Shown piece by piece: positions 58,658 through 64,000 of a stretch of 64,000 bases of DNA. Under the pieces are notes generated by a model that had not been told where the DNA came from, made no database searches, and saw only the letters and a list, made by a program, of their open reading frames with translations. The position numbers were made by a program, and so were the translations under genes. Origin of the DNA: an uncultured Candidatus Saccharibacteria bacterium (GTDB taxonomy: Bacteria > Patescibacteriota > Minisyncoccia > Phycocordibacterales > JACNGX01); NCBI GenBank assembly GCA_964621395.1, contig CAZULS010000001.1, positions 615 to 64,614 on the forward strand. The letters are read 5' to 3'. Numbering within the stretch: the stretch's first letter is position 1; every line of letters starts with the position of its first letter.

Positions 58658-61036
58658 TTACTCTTTTACTTTTTCTAAGCTTCCCCATCGCGTACCTGAA
58701 GACACCGTTACAAGAAGTGGTACGGAGATATCCACCGCGTTCTCCATCACTTCTTTCATACGCTTACCCGCCTCTTCAGCCGCATCTTTTTTCGCCTCCA
58801 CAATCAATTCATCGTGCACTTGAAGAAGGAGCCTTGCTTTGCCGGCAAATTCTTTCTCCAGCATATCGTCCACCTGCTTCATCGCAATCTTAATAATATC
58901 AGCAGCCGTTCCTTGAATTGGCGCGTTCATCGCGGCACGCTCAGCGGCCGCCTTGATATACGGCACGTGTGAACGAATATCGGCAAAATGACGCCTTCGC
59001 CCAAAATACGTTTCCGTATAACCCTTTTTCGCCGCGTCCTTTTTTACCGTATCAAAATACGTGGCAATGGAAGGAAATTGCTCAAAATACTGATCATAAA
59101 ACGCCCGCGCTTCGGATTGCGTCCCGCCAATATTTTCTTTCAACGCATTCACCCCCATGCCATACACAATACCGAAATTAATCACCTTCGCTTTTCGGCG
59201 CATGTCTTTCGTTACGTCGTTCTCACTCACGCCAAAAACACGCGACGCCACCGAAGCGTGCACGTCTCTGCCATCACGAAATGTCTTCTGCAACACTTCA
59301 TCTTCCGAAAGTAATGCCAAAACACGCATTTCGATTTGGGAGTAATCAGCAGACACCAAGACACTCCCTTTTGGCGCAACAAATGCATCGCGCACTCGGT
59401 CGCCGTCTCCGCGCGTGGGAATATTCTGCAGATTCGGATTCATGGAAGAGAAGCGTCCGGTCGTTGTGCCCGTCTGACACAGTGTGGTGTGAATACGATT
59501 GTCTGCATCGGCAAGACCGGGCAATACGTCAATGTATGTGGAGACAAGTTTCTGCACTTCCCGATATTCCAAAAGAGCTTCAATGATATCGTGTTCGCCT
59601 TTAAGCTTCAGGAGTTCTGATTCGCGCGTACTGCGAGCACCGCCCGCCGTTTTTTTCAAGCCCTTCACAGAGAGCCCCATTTCGTCAAAAAGCACTTCGC
59701 CGAGCTGCTTGGGAGAATTGATATTAAATTCCCTGCCTGCATGCTTCCAAATCTCTCCTTCAAGCTTTGCAACGTGCGCGTGATATTCGTCGGCGAGCTT
59801 CTTTGTATAGCCACCATCGAGAAGCACCCCTCGCTTCTCCGCTTTTTCAATACAGTCAATGAGCGGCTCTTCAATGTCGGCATACACCTTCTCTAAGCCC
59901 GCGTCTTTCATATCGGCAAAAATCTTCTCCTTTGCTGAGGAGAACGATTTCGTACCCGCATACGAAAGCACATCATCAATGCTCGGATTGGTGATGTCTG
60001 AGCGAAGAAGCCACAATGCAATAGCGGTTTCTTTGAGCTCCCGCTCAGTGTAATCCTTCTCCGCTTTCTCTTCTCCTTTTTTTTCTTCGCCTCCTTCACC
60101 AATGAGCTCACGAAAACGATTTGTCAGTGAGCGAAATTCAAGCTCGGCAAAGAGAGTCTCCACTAAGGAAGGATCAAGTGCATCTTTCCACTTCTCTTTG
60201 GGAAGCATAAAGTCAATCGGTGCATCTTTGCGAATCGTCGCCAAGGTCTTAGAGAAGAGCGCATCATCTTCGCCCTCGAGGATAAGTGAGCGTGCCTTTG
60301 GCTTAAGTCCGGCATCCTCAAGCGCCTTCTCGCCCTTCTTCTTAATCGCTTTATACATCTCTTCAATGCTTCCGAAGTGTGTGATGCATGTTGTTGCCGT
60401 CTTGGCGCCAATGCCGACAATACCGGGAATATTATCCGACGGGTCCCCTGAAAGCCCTTTGAAATCCGGCAAGTGCTCCGGCCCGAATTCAAATCGCTCT
60501 TTCACGGCGCCCTCATCATACAGCACCGTATCGTTCATACCTTTGCGCAATGTATACACCTGCACCCTCTTTTTCTCCACAAGCTGCAAGGTGTCCATGT
60601 CGCCTGAAGCAATCACGACATCCACCGGCTCGTTCCTTAGCTTCTCGGCAATGGTGCCGAGAATGTCATCAGCCTCAAATCCTTCCGCTTCATAGATAGG
60701 AATATTGAATGCGGCAAAGATATCCCGCGAGCGCACAATCTGAGACACGAGCGCATCATCGGCTTCCTTACGCCCCGCCTTATACTCATCATATGCTTCG
60801 TGGCGGAATGTCGGTTTGGGAAGATCATAGCAGGCCGCCAAGTAATCGGGCTTGAGCTCTTTCACAATATTCATGAGCATGGTGGAGACACCAAAGAGCC
60901 CGCCCGTCGGCTCACCCGAAGAAGTGGAGAAATCGGGCAACGCATGATAGGCCCGATGAATAATCGCATGAGCGTCGAGAAGCACCAAGCGAGGCCGCTC
61001 TTGCACATTCTTCTTTTGTGAAGACGTTTTAGACAT
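58658..61036 (-). CDS. polA: DNA polymerase I (5'-3' exonuclease + polymerase; 3'-5' exo region largely deleted)
   Basis: EADD, GDPSDNIPG, TGRFSS..PNLQNIP, DYSQIEMR, QVHDEL. Confidence 0.96.
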   Translation of the reverse strand: MSKTSSQKKNVQERPRLVLLDAHAIIHRAYHALPDFSTSSGEPTGGLFGVSTMLMNIVKELKPDYLAACYDLPKPTFRHEAYDEYKAGRKEADDALVSQIVRSRDIFAAFNIPIYEAEGFEADDILGTIAEKLRNEPVDVVIASGDMDTLQLVEKKRVQVYTLRKGMNDTVLYDEGAVKERFEFGPEHLPDFKGLSGDPSDNIPGIVGIGAKTATTCITHFGSIEEMYKAIKKKGEKALEDAGLKPKARSLILEGEDDALFSKTLATIRKDAPIDFMLPKEKWKDALDPSLVETLFAELEFRSLTNRFRELIGEGGEEKKGEEKAEKDYTERELKETAIALWLLRSDITNPSIDDVLSYAGTKSFSSAKEKIFADMKDAGLEKVYADIEEPLIDCIEKAEKRGVLLDGGYTKKLADEYHAHVAKLEGEIWKHAGREFNINSPKQLGEVLFDEMGLSVKGLKKTAGGARSTRESELLKLKGEHDIIEALLEYREVQKLVSTYIDVLPGLADADNRIHTTLCQTGTTTGRFSSMNPNLQNIPTRGDGDRVRDAFVAPKGSVLVSADYSQIEMRVLALLSEDEVLQKTFRDGRDVHASVASRVFGVSENDVTKDMRRKAKVINFGIVYGMGVNALKENIGGTQSEARAFYDQYFEQFPSIATYFDTVKKDAAKKGYTETYFGRRRHFADIRSHVPYIKAAAERAAMNAPIQGTAADIIKIAMKQVDDMLEKEFAGKARLLLQVHDELIVEAKKDAAEEAGKRMKEVMENAVDISVPLLVTVSSGTRWGSLEKVKE

Positions 61037-61118
61037 ACATCATAAGCACATGCCGACAAATCACAAAAAACAAGTACCAAATATCAAATAATATCAAAAT
61101 CTCAATATCGAAACGGCT

Positions 61119-61493
61119 TTATGTTGATTTCTCAACAATTCTCGAGAAAATCTTTTTCAATTCCACCGCCTCCTCAGTCAACCACCTCCTCTTCTTTTCA
61201 ATTTCTTCAGAATGAGCGTTCAGAAGTCGTAACCACAGCACACTTTCTTTTGCTTCCTTGCGACATATTTTCATTCGCATGACAAAATCTTTTTTACTGA
61301 GAGATTCATTCGCTTCAATATAATTTGCGGCAACAGACCCTGAAGATCGTATGAGCTGTTTACCATCTTCAATGTGTGCACTTGTCTTCTGTAGACTTGC
61401 AACAAATACTCTTACTTCTTTCGCGAAAAGAAAAGTTCGTTCTTCCAAATCATATGGTTTTTCGTCATTATTCACTTCTCTAGTGTACCACAT
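61119..61493 (-). CDS. Four-helix bundle protein (23S rRNA IVS protein family)
   Basis: DLEERTF.FA, QLIRSSGSVAANYIEA..S.SKKDF, KEAKES..WLRL. Confidence 0.9.
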   Translation of the reverse strand: MWYTREVNNDEKPYDLEERTFLFAKEVRVFVASLQKTSAHIEDGKQLIRSSGSVAANYIEANESLSKKDFVMRMKICRKEAKESVLWLRLLNAHSEEIEKKRRWLTEEAVELKKIFSRIVEKST

Positions 61494-61527
61494 TTAAATG
61501 GGAGTATTGGAATTTCGTTATTGTGAT

Positions 61528-61983
61528 TTATTTGTGATTTGGTGCTTGTGATTTGAGGTTTATTTTCCTTGTGGTCTCGTTAATGTGCTCAAGCGTGAGC
61601 TGTATCGTATTTTTAGGGATGATAGATTCAATCCGTTCAGGCCATTCGATGACTATGAAATTTTTGGGATCGGTTATGAGATTCTCCCAGCCAAGTGTTT
61701 CCATATCTTTACTCCCTTCAAGGCGATAGGCATCAATATGAATGAGTGTGGTGAATGTTTCATCCGCGGTATCATACGAACGCATGATACCGAATGTCGG
61801 ACTTGTTACCCTCCCTTTCACACCCAGCTCTTCGGCGAGCGCTTGGGTGAATGTGGTTTTCCCCGCACCGAGGTCTCCTGAGAGAGTGAGGATCGACGCT
61901 TCACGTGCGTCGGAGGGCAGCGCGGCAAGGGTTTCGCGCACGACATTCTTCATTTCTTTGGTGTTTTGAATCGTGTATTCCAT
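61528..61983 (-). CDS. tsaE: tRNA threonylcarbamoyladenosine biosynthesis ATPase TsaE
   Basis: LSGDLGAGKTTF, VTSPTF, HIDAYRL, IEWPE. Confidence 0.96.
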   Translation of the reverse strand: MEYTIQNTKEMKNVVRETLAALPSDAREASILTLSGDLGAGKTTFTQALAEELGVKGRVTSPTFGIMRSYDTADETFTTLIHIDAYRLEGSKDMETLGWENLITDPKNFIVIEWPERIESIIPKNTIQLTLEHINETTRKINLKSQAPNHK

Positions 61984-62427
61984 ATGAGTAAGAATAAAGA
62001 ATTACGAATAATGAATCAAGGCACGGAAGTGGTGCGGGACCGGCCATGGAATAAAGAATTATGAATTATGAATCAAGGCACAGCAAAAAACGGCGTCATG
62101 CGCCGCATCACTTCCACGCAAGACAAAAGCGGCACATGAATCTCGAGATCCCGCATCACCAGAGCCTCACTTTCACCAATATCATTTGCAGTAAAACATC
62201 TTTTACCCCCCCTCCTACCGTCTACAGTTTCTCAGGTGTTCAGTGAAAGTGAAGCTCGGCAAGAGTGCGGGATGACAGTGGTAGTTTGAGAATATTAAAT
62301 AACAGCAAAAGGCGCGCCCTTCGGGCGCGCCTTTTGCTTGTGAGTCGCGAAGCGACTCTTTTAACCGTTTAACATTTACCGTTCATCGTTTGTGAATCAT
62401 TTGTTTTGGAGCATGAGGGATGTACGT

Positions 62428-64000
62428 TTACGCACTTCCCGGCCCCGCCGCAGCTGCTTTCTTCGCCTTGTGTTCATCGTAGTATCCGACAATCGTACGG
62501 ACCAAAATCACGAGAATAAGAAGAAGAATCGCGAGGAAGAGCCATCCGACAAATGTTGTCGGGAAAAATCCTCCGCTTCCGAGGAAAAGTCCTGCGGCTG
62601 CGCGATCATAACGGCTATCCGAAAGGACATCATCCGTTACTCGAATGTAGACGCTATTGGAACTTTCAGCATGCTCCTCGCTCTCAACACGAGCGATATT
62701 TTCAATCGTCATGCCGGTGCGGGCATCATCCGTTACAATCATGTCAAGCGTTACCCTTTCCGTCTCTCCCGGGCGAAGATCGCCGATAAACCAAACCACT
62801 TCACGCTGCGGATCATCATGAGCAAGCTGGTCTTCAGCATTGGCGAATTCAAGATAGAACGGTACAAGATCGCTAATCTCCGTTTCCGAGAGCGTGTAAT
62901 CACCGGTGTTCTCCACATCAATTGTGTAGCGAACAGTGTGTCCTCGCTCACCCAAGATATCAGTGTCCGTACCATTTTCAGCATCAAGGTTCTCCACGGT
63001 CTTTATGATGCGCACATCGTATTCCTTCGGCTCAGGTTTCGGCTCGGGAGTCGGTCCTAGAGGCGCACCAAGCGTGGTAAACGATACGATATTACCGCGA
63101 TCAATGCCGTACGTATTCTGCACAACAAGTCGGTAGTAGTAGGTTGTATTGTATGCAAGAGAGAACTGTGAATGCTCTACAAGCGCTGAAGGACCGCTTC
63201 CAATCGACTGACTTGCCGAAGTACGTCCGAGCGACGGACTCGTTCCCCATTCAAACCATGCAACACTGCGTGCCGCAGACGGCATACTTGCCGTTCCCAC
63301 AAAACGCGCCGAGGTGCGTCCGATATTGAATGCCGCATTGGTAATGGCGTCAGGCGCACGACCGTCGGTGTATCCACCGTTGCCCGTGTCAAAGTTTTTC
63401 ATTGAGCCATACGTGGTACCGTCATCATTTTCAGCAACACAACGGTAGTAGTAAATGGTACGCGAATCAAGATTGGTAATAATCTTGTCGATATTCTCAC
63501 TGCGGTCATCGCCGTCAACGAATCGATGATACGTGTCCTCACGCATGGATGTCGTCTCACCGTATTCAAACCACACCTCCGTATCGGTACCATTGGGCTC
63601 CACCTCACAGCGGAGGCGCGCCGAATCGCTCGTTATGTCGGTTGCGGTAAGCGTCGTCACATCGGGACGATCGCCGTCATTGTCGTCATCGGTGTAAAAG
63701 GTTTTCGTATCACCATAGGTGCGACCTTCATCGTTCTCGGCAACACAACGGAAGTAATACTTCTCGTCTTCGTCGAGTCCGTAAATGGTGCGGCTGACAC
63801 GTTCTTCATCATCACCGTCACCGACAGAACGCTTGGATGTGTCTTCATCCATGCCGGAATCCTCACCGTATTCGAACCACACATCAGTGTCGTCATTGTT
63901 GGGATTCACATCACAACGAAGCGTTGCGGAGTCTTCATCGATATTGATTGCCGAGAGCGTGTCTACGTCGGGACGATCAGCGTTGTCATCACATCCGCCG
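62428..64000 (-). CDS. Large surface protein with tandem FN3-like repeats, a DUF11-like domain and a C-terminal anchor; 5' end outside the window
   Basis: Repeats WFEYG...YYFRCVAEN..G..YG....F.T; frame open to the window edge. Confidence 0.85.
   Translation of the reverse strand, partial: GGCDDNADRPDVDTLSAINIDEDSATLRCDVNPNNDDTDVWFEYGEDSGMDEDTSKRSVGDGDDEERVSRTIYGLDEDEKYYFRCVAENDEGRTYGDTKTFYTDDDNDGDRPDVTTLTATDITSDSARLRCEVEPNGTDTEVWFEYGETTSMREDTYHRFVDGDDRSENIDKIITNLDSRTIYYYRCVAENDDGTTYGSMKNFDTGNGGYTDGRAPDAITNAAFNIGRTSARFVGTASMPSAARSVAWFEWGTSPSLGRTSASQSIGSGPSALVEHSQFSLAYNTTYYYRLVVQNTYGIDRGNIVSFTTLGAPLGPTPEPKPEPKEYDVRIIKTVENLDAENGTDTDILGERGHTVRYTIDVENTGDYTLSETEISDLVPFYLEFANAEDQLAHDDPQREVVWFIGDLRPGETERVTLDMIVTDDARTGMTIENIARVESEEHAESSNSVYIRVTDDVLSDSRYDRAAAGLFLGSGGFFPTTFVGWLFLAILLLILVILVRTIVGYYDEHKAKKAAAAGPGSA

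Noticed and set aside
61119-61493. Diversity-generating retroelement suggested by the Avd-like four-helix bundle
   Set aside because: No reverse transcriptase and no TR/VR pair with adenine-specific mismatches was seen.
1-64000. Alternative genetic code (TGA recoded)
   Set aside because: Conserved genes translate full length in code 11, and several (e.g. tmk, the SDR) end in TGA.

Overview
64-kb chromosomal segment of a reduced-genome bacterium, most likely Patescibacteria/CPR (Parcubacteria-like). Supporting signs are rplK without rplA, a short PolA, IleRS with a histidine-phosphatase insert, tRNA-Arg(GCG), many Cys/Asp-rich surface proteins and type IV pilus genes; genetic code 11. It carries housekeeping genes (glyS, recO, ileS, argS, tmk, secE-nusG-rplK, uppP, cfa, rplS, uppS, pilM plus PilN/PilO-like genes, ruvX, rpsT, ruvA, murE, holA, polA, tsaE), 8 tRNAs, two RelE-type toxin-antitoxin pairs, a tRNA-bounded methyltransferase/controller island and a HEPN-like gene. 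The main novelty is non-coding. (1) Four tRNAs are each followed by inverted copies of their OWN 3' half (arrays alternating with direct copies at three of them), and the spacers include structured cargo shared between loci. Three of these antisense copies carry the same covarying 25-nt hairpin at the T-stem/acceptor junction. (2) Several families of REP/MITE-like palindromes nest into each other at fixed positions and also sit in-frame inside ileS and rplS. All family assignments come from motif recognition by eye; no searches were run.
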